A program made the position numbers and the translations under genes. The notes beneath the pieces were generated by a model. That model made no database searches. It had not been told where the DNA came from and saw nothing but the letters and a program-made list of their open reading frames with translations. From positions 91,029-155,028 of the forward strand of contig JBAYVA010000003.1 of NCBI GenBank assembly GCA_041674805.1: a DNA stretch of 64,000 nt, written 5' to 3'. Below are positions 10,033 to 18,606 of the stretch, piece after piece. The DNA is from Candidatus Magasanikiibacteriota bacterium (GTDB lineage Bacteria > Patescibacteriota > Patescibacteriia > Magasanikbacterales > UBA922). Positions within the stretch are counted from its first letter, which is position 1. The number at the start of each line of letters is the position of its first letter.

Positions 10033-11667
10033 TCATTCCCCTTTTTCCTCTACCTTCACACCTGGTATCCAAAAACCAAACTCACTTCCTTTCCCTAGTC
10101 CCTCACTATGTGCCCAAACATGACCACCATGTTTTTCGATGAATCTCTTACAAACATAAATTCCAAGTCCAGTACCATTTACATTGGTTCCTTGTACATT
10201 TTTACCACGATAAAATTTTTGGAAAAAATTAACTTCATCTTCTTTGTTGAAACCAAAACCTTGATCTTTTATCTTCAAAACATAACCATTATCTTCTTTT
10301 TCAAGAGAAATTTTTATAGTTCCTTTGTCACTATATTTGATAGCATTATCCAAAAAGTTGAAAACTACATGACGAATCTTTTCTTCATCCATAACAATTT
10401 TATCAATATTTTTTTCAGATTTCCAAGATATTTTTAATTTTTTTTCTGCAAACTCAGGTTTCATAGATAGTTCTTTGACAACACTACTAATAGTCTCATT
10501 GAGACTATTTTCAGCAAATACAAATTTAGTACGACCTTGTTCAATACGTGTAATATCCAAGAATTCCTCTACCAAAGTCATAAGCCTATCATTACTCTCA
10601 TCCATATTTCCCAAAGTTTCTTTCAAACCTTTGCTAACTTTACCATAAGCTCCATCGCCAATAAGCTCAATATAACCACGAATAATCGTGAGAGGAGTAC
10701 GAAGTTGATGAGAAGCAATAGACAAAAACTCTGTTTTTTGTTGATCAAGTTCTTGAAGACGAAGATTGGCTTTTTCAAGATTGTGAGCAAGAATAGCTAA
10801 TTCTTCTTTTTGTTGGACTTCTTTTTTGACTGATTTTATTAAAAAAATACCAAAAATAACCACTAAAATAAATAATACTATATTTATAAATAATTCAAAT
10901 ATATTATTATAAAAAAATATAGGAAATATAAAAGACATTGTCAAAAATACTACAAATATTTGTGTAGCAAATACTTTTAATTCAAATAACTTATGTTTTA
11001 CAATAGCAAAAAAAGTAAACAAAACTAAGAAAAAAGAACTTACAGAACCTAACCTTTGTATTGAAAAATTATCATAAATAAAAGGTAAAATTATATTTGT
11101 AAGAGAACCAGTAAACAAAGATAAAAGCAACCCTGTTGAAAAATAAACCAACTGCATTCTTTTTTCATTATTATATTTTAATATTTTCAAAATTAAAATT
11201 ACCAAAGATAAAATAGAAAAAAATAAAAAATGTAAAAAAAATAAAAAATAATAATCACCAAATACAGTGCTTCTACCACTATTTTCAATAGAAAATACTT
11301 CATTAATAACGATATGATTTGAAAATAAAGTTAAACAAATTAAAAATATTAATTCTAAAAAAAATAATATAAAAAATGTTTTTTTTATCTTAAATTGTAT
11401 TTTCGGAAAATAATAAACAAATAAAAAAACAAAAAAAATTAATAATTCCGTAAAAACAAAATTAAATTTACCTATATTTAATAAATAATCTACAAAATGA
11501 TCATTATAATAAAAATACAAAGTAATCAACCAACCGGAGATAGACAAAGACATCAAAAAAAACGTTGTATTTATCTTATCTTTTAAGTTTTTATACAAAA
11601 CAAAAAAACCTAGAGACAAGGTGAATATAATATTTAACGCATAAACTACTAAATAAAAATAGTCCAT
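10033..11667 (-). CDS. Sensor histidine kinase with N-terminal multi-TM (HisKA_7TM-like) input domain
   Basis: About 280 aa hydrophobic N-terminus; H-box FLSIASHQLRTPL, N-box NFLDNAIKYS, DQGFG, GTGLGIYV, GKGSEF. Confidence 0.93.
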   Translation of the reverse strand: MDYFYLVVYALNIIFTLSLGFFVLYKNLKDKINTTFFLMSLSISGWLITLYFYYNDHFVDYLLNIGKFNFVFTELLIFFVFLFVYYFPKIQFKIKKTFFILFFLELIFLICLTLFSNHIVINEVFSIENSGRSTVFGDYYFLFFLHFLFFSILSLVILILKILKYNNEKRMQLVYFSTGLLLSLFTGSLTNIILPFIYDNFSIQRLGSVSSFFLVLFTFFAIVKHKLFELKVFATQIFVVFLTMSFIFPIFFYNNIFELFINIVLFILVVIFGIFLIKSVKKEVQQKEELAILAHNLEKANLRLQELDQQKTEFLSIASHQLRTPLTIIRGYIELIGDGAYGKVSKGLKETLGNMDESNDRLMTLVEEFLDITRIEQGRTKFVFAENSLNETISSVVKELSMKPEFAEKKLKISWKSEKNIDKIVMDEEKIRHVVFNFLDNAIKYSDKGTIKISLEKEDNGYVLKIKDQGFGFNKEDEVNFFQKFYRGKNVQGTNVNGTGLGIYVCKRFIEKHGGHVWAHSEGLGKGSEFGFWIPGVKVEEKGE

Positions 11668-11679
11668 GTTAATTATAAA

Positions 11680-12402
11680 TTATTTTATAAAAATATTTTT
11701 TGCTAATTTAATATATGGCAATAAAACCAAAGCACATCCTGTTTGTTTTTCTTTTACTTTTGTTTCAGAAAATGCAATAAAAGTTTCTTTATACTCAACA
11801 TTTTGATTTTCAGAAATTTTTTCTATACTCTTTATAACAGACTCAATATACTCTTGTTTATTTTTTAGTAACATTTCTCCAACATTTTCCATCAAAAGAC
11901 AAGCATTATTTTTTCTATCTTTAGGTATTGATATAGAAAAAACAGAAAATATTTTGCCTGGTTTATCTAAATAAAAATATTTAGCAGCACAAGGAACATG
12001 AGAACCTGGTTTAATAGGATATTTTTTTTTATTAACAGTACCTAAAATTTTTTTACTAGCGTTCAAAAAATCTTTACCATCATATAAACTCATTTTACCA
12101 AAGTTACCAATTTTTGTATATCCTTTTTTAGGTTTTAAAAAATCATAACCAGCAATTTTTCCATTAGGTCCACAAAATGAAGATACTGTTATCATATTAA
12201 ATTGTCCTAAATTTATACCATCAACTTCAGCTTTATCAAATGCAACAATATGATCTAAACCACGTACACCTGTTTCATTATTAACAGACACCGTTGATAA
12301 ATGTGTTAATAAAGTATAATAACCTCCGTTAGGCTCATCTAAATAACCCGTACAATAATCATTATAACTAGACGCATACAAATCTTTAGAAAAATCAAAC
12401 AT
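11680..12402 (-). CDS. hdcA: Pyruvoyl-dependent histidine decarboxylase proenzyme
   Basis: YCTGY, FDKAE, LGQFNMITVS/SFCG (Ser74-Ser75 serinolysis site), GYDFL, PGSHVPCA, LLMENVG, GCAL...PY match the lactic-acid-bacterial HdcA motif series. Confidence 0.85.
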   Translation of the reverse strand: MFDFSKDLYASSYNDYCTGYLDEPNGGYYTLLTHLSTVSVNNETGVRGLDHIVAFDKAEVDGINLGQFNMITVSSFCGPNGKIAGYDFLKPKKGYTKIGNFGKMSLYDGKDFLNASKKILGTVNKKKYPIKPGSHVPCAAKYFYLDKPGKIFSVFSISIPKDRKNNACLLMENVGEMLLKNKQEYIESVIKSIEKISENQNVEYKETFIAFSETKVKEKQTGCALVLLPYIKLAKNIFIK

Positions 12403-12413
12403 AAAAATAATTA

Positions 12414-13112
12414 TTATTTTTGAGAAAGTTCTTTTACTTTTTCAAAAAATTTATCTATACTTGAAACAAAATATAATAAATTTGATGTATTATCTTGTTC
12501 TTTTGAACCAAAATTATAAACCTCAGTAAAACCAAATAATTGAGAAATTTTATATAAATTACTATCTTTACTTGTCCAAAAACAAAAATGATTAACACCA
12601 GAAAGTTTAGCTTTTTTGAACAAAGGGACAACTAAGTTAATCAATTTTTCTAATCCTCCTCTATTATCGGCTCTCATACCAAACTCACGAACAGCTAATA
12701 CAGAATCCACATCAGGAAAAAATCTTAAAGCACTTTCAACAACATCCTTTTTAATATCATCGTCTTTAAAATTTTTAGGTAAATCTGTAATATTACCTAT
12801 ATTATCAACAAAATAAGCATGAGCAAAACCCACAACTTCTTCTTGTTCATTCAAAAACAAATTTAAATATTCATCAGAACCTTGACTGTCTATTTTCATT
12901 AACATATTCAAAACTTTTTCTTCATCCCAAACTTCATCCCACTGTGATTTATCTTCACCAAATTCTTTACTTTTATTAGCATCAAAAACAGAAATATAAC
13001 AATTTATATAACTTTTTAATAAACTATCATTTTTAAGCAATTCTGACAAAGAAACTAATTTTAAATTACCTGTTTTTTTTGGTTCTTTATCCCTTGAGAG
13101 ACCTTCTACCAT
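12414..13112 (-). CDS. Divergent GNAT-fold acyltransferase
   Basis: YISVF..W.E.W..E.V, EVVGFAHAY, VREFGMRADNRGG (motif A-like), FWTS...LYKISQLFGF (motif B-like). Confidence 0.65.
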   Translation of the reverse strand: MVEGLSRDKEPKKTGNLKLVSLSELLKNDSLLKSYINCYISVFDANKSKEFGEDKSQWDEVWDEEKVLNMLMKIDSQGSDEYLNLFLNEQEEVVGFAHAYFVDNIGNITDLPKNFKDDDIKKDVVESALRFFPDVDSVLAVREFGMRADNRGGLEKLINLVVPLFKKAKLSGVNHFCFWTSKDSNLYKISQLFGFTEVYNFGSKEQDNTSNLLYFVSSIDKFFEKVKELSQK

Positions 13113-13130
13113 ATTTTTATAAATATTAAA

Positions 13131-14192
13131 TTAATTATTCCCTCCATCCAAAATTTTTAATAAACCTTTATTAATCTTTCTAATAGTCAATGGTCCCCCA
13201 TAAATAAAACCTGTAATCATTTGCAAAGCATCAGCTCCAGCTTGTAACTTTTGATAAGCATCCTCAGCTGTAAAAATACCCCCAACACCAATGATTTTTA
13301 GTTTATCGTGAGCTCGCTCACGAATATGACTAATTATTTTGTTACTTCTATCTTGCAGATGTTTACCAGAAATTCCACCAGGATGATTCAACTGTTCAGC
13401 AGATGATTTAAATTTTTTGACCCAAGATCTATTTTTTATCAGATTAGTTGCCACAATGCCAGTAATCTCATATTTCAAACACAAATCTATCACTTTGTCC
13501 AAATCTTCATAACTCATGTCTGGTCCAATCTTGATGAAAATATCTTTATTAATTTTTCGTTCTTTAACAATATTCATAATTTTCAGCAAAAGTTCTTCTA
13601 TAAAAGAAACTTGAGCAAAGACATCACACTTAGCAACATTTGGACAACTTACATTCAAAGTAATATAATCAGCCAGCTCATACAAATCCAAAAATGAACG
13701 AACATAATCATCTGCCATTTCTTTTCCTTCCAAACCAGTAGTTACCGCAATACTAATACCATAAGGTATATCGCGTTTTTGTAATTTTTCTTTTATTCTT
13801 TTGGCAGCTTCTACACTTCCACAATTAGACAAACCGTAGTAAACAATAAGACCATTATCTTTTGGCAAACGCCATAATCTTGGCTTAGGATTACCAGGTT
13901 GAGCTGAATTAGTGATAGAACCAAGCTCCACAAAACCAAAACCAAGCATAGGATAGGCCAACGGTGCTGTAATATTTTTATCAAAACCGGCTGACAATCC
14001 AACTGGATTTTTCAATTCTAAATTGCCAATTTTTACATGAAGACGTGGATCATCTACAAATAAAAATTTTTTTATTATATTATAAAATGGTGAAAATGAA
14101 CTTACTACTTTCAACATATGTATCACTAAATGATGTATTTTTTCTGGATCAGTTTTGAATAATATTGGTCTGATGATTTTTTTATACAACAT
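13131..14192 (-). CDS. pyrD: Dihydroorotate dehydrogenase, class 2 (quinone type)
   Basis: DPEKIHH, NPVGLSAGFDKN, QPGNPKPRLWRL, NVSCPN, GGISG, IGVGGI. Confidence 0.92.
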   Translation of the reverse strand: MLYKKIIRPILFKTDPEKIHHLVIHMLKVVSSFSPFYNIIKKFLFVDDPRLHVKIGNLELKNPVGLSAGFDKNITAPLAYPMLGFGFVELGSITNSAQPGNPKPRLWRLPKDNGLIVYYGLSNCGSVEAAKRIKEKLQKRDIPYGISIAVTTGLEGKEMADDYVRSFLDLYELADYITLNVSCPNVAKCDVFAQVSFIEELLLKIMNIVKERKINKDIFIKIGPDMSYEDLDKVIDLCLKYEITGIVATNLIKNRSWVKKFKSSAEQLNHPGGISGKHLQDRSNKIISHIRERAHDKLKIIGVGGIFTAEDAYQKLQAGADALQMITGFIYGGPLTIRKINKGLLKILDGGNN

Positions 14193-14232
14193 ATATTATT
14201 AATTCAATGTTTAGTTTTTAATTCTAGTTCTA

Positions 14233-14322
14233 GAATAGCACGAATATAAAACGAATACCACAAATAAATATTCCCGAAGTTCACATCCGTATCATCCGGA
14301 TTATCCGTAAATCCGTATTGTT
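14233..14322. repeat. Dispersed ~90-bp periodic inverted-repeat element (copy 1)
   Basis: Closely matches the reverse complement of 51301-51392 and shares its right arm with 21438-21476 (atccgtatcatccg.attatccg.aaatc...attgtt). Confidence 0.8.
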
Positions 14323-16026
14323 TTACATTTCTGATACCACATCTATTGTAAGCAATCGAAGAGCCTTTGTCAAAACTTCTGAAACTTTGATACTCAAATA
14401 TAATCTGGATTTTATTAATTCTTCACTTTCAGCATTTAATACACTATGTTTGTTATAAAAATCATTATACATTTTGGCTAAGTCAAAACAATACTTGGCA
14501 ATAACAGATGAATTATAATTTTCTAATGATTTTGTAATAATTTCTGGAAAATCAGATACTTTCATTACTAAATTTTTTACTTCATCTTCTGTAAACAACG
14601 TGAAATCAGTATCATCATTTAATTTACCAGTAAATTTTTTTTGCAAACTATTGATACGAGCAACAGTATAGAGAATATATGGCGCACTAAAACCATCAAA
14701 ACTCACCGCTTCATCAAAATCAAAAGTTACCACTTTGTCAGCTTCGTGCTTTTGCATAGTGAACTTGAGAACTGCCATCGTCAAAACATGAACCGTCTCT
14801 TTTACTTTTTCTTCGCTCCAGTCTTCATGACGAGCTTTTGTTTCTTTTTGTAAATGTTCCAAAACTCTATCACGCAAATCTTCGTAAAGTATCACTCCAC
14901 CGTTACGAGAAGACATTTTCCCCCCATTTGGAGTATTAATTAAGCCATAACCAATATGCGTCATTTTTTTGTCAAAACCATTTAGTTCCAAAACTTTGTA
15001 AAGCTGTTTGAAATAAAAATCTTGTTCACTACCAGTAATATTGATACTTTCTTCTACATCGTAGCGTTTAAACTTCTCCTCTGATAAAGCTAAATCACTA
15101 GTCATATAAACACCGGCTCCAGTACTTTTGCGAAGCAAAGCAATATCCAAATTGTATTTATTTAAATCAGCAATAATAGCACCGCCTTCCCCTACTTCAG
15201 CAATTTTCTTGTCTAATAATTCATCAACCAATTTTTGTCCTGCAGTTTTCACTTCACTTTCGTAAATAATAGAATCATGTTCTACTTTCATTTCTTGCAT
15301 CAAATCAACAAAACCATCAGTACTCCATTTTCTGGTTTCCAAAAATAATTTAGTAATTTCGGCTTCTCCACTTTCCAATTTTTGTTGCATATCATCTAAC
15401 TCAGCCTTATACTCTTCATCATGTTCTTTCAAATAATTACTAGCTTTGACATAAATCTCACCAAGCATCTTTTGTTTATTTTGAGCATTATTAATCTCCG
15501 AACTCTGAACTCCGAACTCTGAACTATGTAAAATTCCCCACAAACATTTCACCACATGACGACCAAAGTCGTTGACGTAATTCATCGGGATAATATCATA
15601 ACCACTCGCACGATAAACTTGCACAATAGTATTGCCAATACAAACATTGCGAAAATGTCCAATATGAAATTCTTTGTGAGTATTTTGAGAAGGATATTCA
15701 ATCAAAACTTTTTTACCTTGACCAATATTATTGTTACCAAAATTTTCATTCACTTCTTCCAAAATTAATTTACTAACTTCAGCAGTATCTAAAAATAAAT
15801 TAACATAAGGACCAAAAGCTTTTATTTCTTTTATAATTGAGTCTGTTGGCACAGAAAAGTTTTCTACAAAATTCTTGGCAAATTCAGCTGGATTTTGTTT
15901 TTCTTTTTTGGCTAAGTCAAAACAAGGTAGAGCAATATCACCCATTTCAGCTTTTGGTGGAGTTGAAAATATAAGATTTTCTAATCCCAAAATTTCTTGG
16001 ATTTTTGTTTGTAAAATTTTATTCAT
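14323..16026 (-). CDS. argS: Arginine--tRNA ligase
   Basis: GPYVN, FHIGHFRN, KMSSRNG, DALR-type C-terminal domain. Confidence 0.97.
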   Translation of the reverse strand: MNKILQTKIQEILGLENLIFSTPPKAEMGDIALPCFDLAKKEKQNPAEFAKNFVENFSVPTDSIIKEIKAFGPYVNLFLDTAEVSKLILEEVNENFGNNNIGQGKKVLIEYPSQNTHKEFHIGHFRNVCIGNTIVQVYRASGYDIIPMNYVNDFGRHVVKCLWGILHSSEFGVQSSEINNAQNKQKMLGEIYVKASNYLKEHDEEYKAELDDMQQKLESGEAEITKLFLETRKWSTDGFVDLMQEMKVEHDSIIYESEVKTAGQKLVDELLDKKIAEVGEGGAIIADLNKYNLDIALLRKSTGAGVYMTSDLALSEEKFKRYDVEESINITGSEQDFYFKQLYKVLELNGFDKKMTHIGYGLINTPNGGKMSSRNGGVILYEDLRDRVLEHLQKETKARHEDWSEEKVKETVHVLTMAVLKFTMQKHEADKVVTFDFDEAVSFDGFSAPYILYTVARINSLQKKFTGKLNDDTDFTLFTEDEVKNLVMKVSDFPEIITKSLENYNSSVIAKYCFDLAKMYNDFYNKHSVLNAESEELIKSRLYLSIKVSEVLTKALRLLTIDVVSEM

Positions 16027-16031
16027 AAAAT

Positions 16032-17378
16032 TTATTTCACCTTAACAAAAAACCTTTTACCTTTTTGAATCACATCTTCTGGCTTGGTATCATAATCAAA
16101 AGCTTCAATTTTTTCATCATTCACTTTGACTCCACCTTGCTCTATAGCACGACGAGCATCACTCTTACCAGTACTAAGTCCTGATTCTACCAACACTTCA
16201 ATAATATTGTAACTAACCGGTTTTAGTTCTGGGATTTCATCTGGTCTATCTTTACTTTGGATTACTTTTTCAAAATGGGATTGACCAAGCTTGGCAGATT
16301 CTTCTCCAAGAAAAGTCTTAGTAATTTCATAGGCAAGTTTGAACTTAGCATCACGAGGATTAGCACCAGCTTCTAAATCTTTTTTAATTTGTTCAACTTC
16401 TGACATTGGAATACGTGTACAAATTTCAAAACCACTGACAATCATACCATCAGTCCAGTTCATAATTTTGCCAAACATATCTTCTGGAGTGTCTGCAAAA
16501 GCAATCATATTACCTTCACTCTTACCCATTTTTTTACCACTATTGTCTGTCAGAAGTTTACCAGCAAGCACAAATTTTTCTTTGTTTTTTAAAGTTTTCA
16601 TCAAGTCACGTCCAGCCAACATGTTGAAAGTCTGATCATTACCACCAATTTCTCCATCAACATCCATAGCAACTGAATCATAACCTTGCATTACAGGATA
16701 CAAAAATTCATGTAAGTAAATTGGCTGTGAATCAAAGACCAAATCCTCTTTATCCAATCCCGTTGTTTTTTTACAATGTGGACAATTGGTTTTATTACCT
16801 TTCAATGTGACTGTCTCAAAACTTTCTTTACTAAATTGTATAGGAGATATAAATTTGTTTTCACAATGTCTACACACAACCATAGTGGACATTCTCTTTT
16901 CAAACATATCTCGCTCTAGCATTCTTTGCACAGTAAAGTGTGAAGTCAAATCAAGCACATCAGCAAAATTCATTTTGAGAAACCATTCACTATTGTAACG
17001 AACTTCCACAGGATTTTCTCCACCAAAATCTAATACACTACTAACTTGTTGTTGATACATTTTGCAATTTTCCAAAACTTGTTCACGAGTCAATTTTGTT
17101 CTAGCCGCACCTTTGTCTGTTGGATCACCAATCATCGCAGTAAAATCACCAATCAGCATAATAACTCTGTGTCCAAGTTGTTGAAATTCACGAAGTTTAA
17201 GCATAGTAATACCATGACCAATATGAAGAGTAGGTGCTGTTGGATCATAGCCACTATAAATTGTCAATCTTTCACCTGATTTTAATTTACTTTCCAAAAA
17301 ATCACGCTTTGGGTAAATATTTTCTACACCACGTGATAACAGATTTTGGATTTTTTCTTCATCAATAATTACATTCAT
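16032..17378 (-). CDS. tyrS: Tyrosine--tRNA ligase with Zn-ribbon insertion
   Basis: GYDPTAPTLHIGH, EFLYPVMQGYD, GGNDQ, KMGKS, C-terminal S4 domain. Confidence 0.97.
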   Translation of the reverse strand: MNVIIDEEKIQNLLSRGVENIYPKRDFLESKLKSGERLTIYSGYDPTAPTLHIGHGITMLKLREFQQLGHRVIMLIGDFTAMIGDPTDKGAARTKLTREQVLENCKMYQQQVSSVLDFGGENPVEVRYNSEWFLKMNFADVLDLTSHFTVQRMLERDMFEKRMSTMVVCRHCENKFISPIQFSKESFETVTLKGNKTNCPHCKKTTGLDKEDLVFDSQPIYLHEFLYPVMQGYDSVAMDVDGEIGGNDQTFNMLAGRDLMKTLKNKEKFVLAGKLLTDNSGKKMGKSEGNMIAFADTPEDMFGKIMNWTDGMIVSGFEICTRIPMSEVEQIKKDLEAGANPRDAKFKLAYEITKTFLGEESAKLGQSHFEKVIQSKDRPDEIPELKPVSYNIIEVLVESGLSTGKSDARRAIEQGGVKVNDEKIEAFDYDTKPEDVIQKGKRFFVKVK

Positions 17379-17490
17379 ATATTTATTTTAAAACAAATTA
17401 AGATACTAATAATCAAATCACTTATAACTAACATTATAAAGAAAGGTACTAATTTATGCAAATAATCGTTAATTTTTCTTTCATACATTT

Positions 17491-18603
17491 TTAGGCTGCC
17501 AAAGGTAAATACAATGAAATTACAGTACCATGTCCTTTTTCTTTTACCTTCCTAGCAAAATGATTTTCACCATCTTTATTAAACATTTTTTCTACTTCGT
17601 CATGACTATGAAGAGTTATAGACTTACCAGGAATACCAATACCATTACTATAATATTCAAAGTTGTCTTGACCAACTCTCTTTGAAAGAATTACAATCTC
17701 TACTCCCATTTGTGCTAAACGTATATGTAAATCAGCCAAACCAAGACCACTACTTCCAGTACTTGAACTACCTTTTTTGAAAATACAATCTGCATCCTTT
17801 GGATCCAAATGTCTAAACTCCATTCCTTTTCCTGTATCACTAACTCTAATTACTAAGTCATTATCCTCTACAAAAATATCAACATCAATCTCAGTATTTT
17901 CTCCTGCTACTTCAATATTTTTTTTCAAAGAATTACGTAGTTCATTCAAGATAGTATTTCCTACAACAGCTATATCTCCTTTTATTTGTTTACCTTCTAA
18001 TTGTCTATATAAAACATCCCAATCAACATCTATTTGTAATCTTCTTTTTTCAATGCCCTCATAAGAATTACTACCAGAATTTTTTTGTTTTAATTTTACA
18101 ATTTCTTTTTCTACAAAAAAGTCCAAAACATTTTTTATTACCTCCAAATCAAAGTTATATTTCATTTCATATTCCTGCCCAGACATAAACAACTGCCTAA
18201 GTAATGCGTCCTTTAAAGCCACATAAAATCTAAACCAATCACTACGATATTCACTCAACAATTCTAAATCCTCGCTAACTGCTGAATAATCACCTTTTGC
18301 TAGATCACTTTTTAATAAAGCTAAAAAACCCACAAAACCAGTGCCAATATTATTCAAATCATGCAAACGATGCTTATCCAAATCTTGATTTTTTCTAATT
18401 AAGTCAATCGCACGGAAAATACTATCTATATGTCTAGATAAAGTAAATAGTTCCTCTATTGAAAAAGTAATCTCTTTTTTCAATACAAATTCATTAATAA
18501 CATCCAAAGATTCTATATATTTTTGTGCTAATAAATCTGATTCTTTTTTTTCTTTTTTTTCAACACCTATTGACGTTCCTCTTTTTAATTCTGAAAAAAC
18601 CAT
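17491..18603 (-). CDS. Soluble histidine kinase-like / GHKL ATPase protein
   Basis: LHDLNN (H-box-like), NELRNSLK (N-box), VSDTGKGM, GSSGLGL, GHGTVISLYLP; no TM segments. Confidence 0.7.
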   Translation of the reverse strand: MVFSELKRGTSIGVEKKEKKESDLLAQKYIESLDVINEFVLKKEITFSIEELFTLSRHIDSIFRAIDLIRKNQDLDKHRLHDLNNIGTGFVGFLALLKSDLAKGDYSAVSEDLELLSEYRSDWFRFYVALKDALLRQLFMSGQEYEMKYNFDLEVIKNVLDFFVEKEIVKLKQKNSGSNSYEGIEKRRLQIDVDWDVLYRQLEGKQIKGDIAVVGNTILNELRNSLKKNIEVAGENTEIDVDIFVEDNDLVIRVSDTGKGMEFRHLDPKDADCIFKKGSSSTGSSGLGLADLHIRLAQMGVEIVILSKRVGQDNFEYYSNGIGIPGKSITLHSHDEVEKMFNKDGENHFARKVKEKGHGTVISLYLPLAA

Positions 18604-18606
18604 ACC

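Noticed and set aside
14233-14322. CRISPR array interpretation of the periodic repeats
   Set aside because: No constant repeat with unique spacers and no cas genes; the units are 7-9 nt and inverted.
16728-16889. Intein in tyrS
   Set aside because: Too short and lacks the terminal His-Asn and other splicing motifs; it fits a Zn ribbon.
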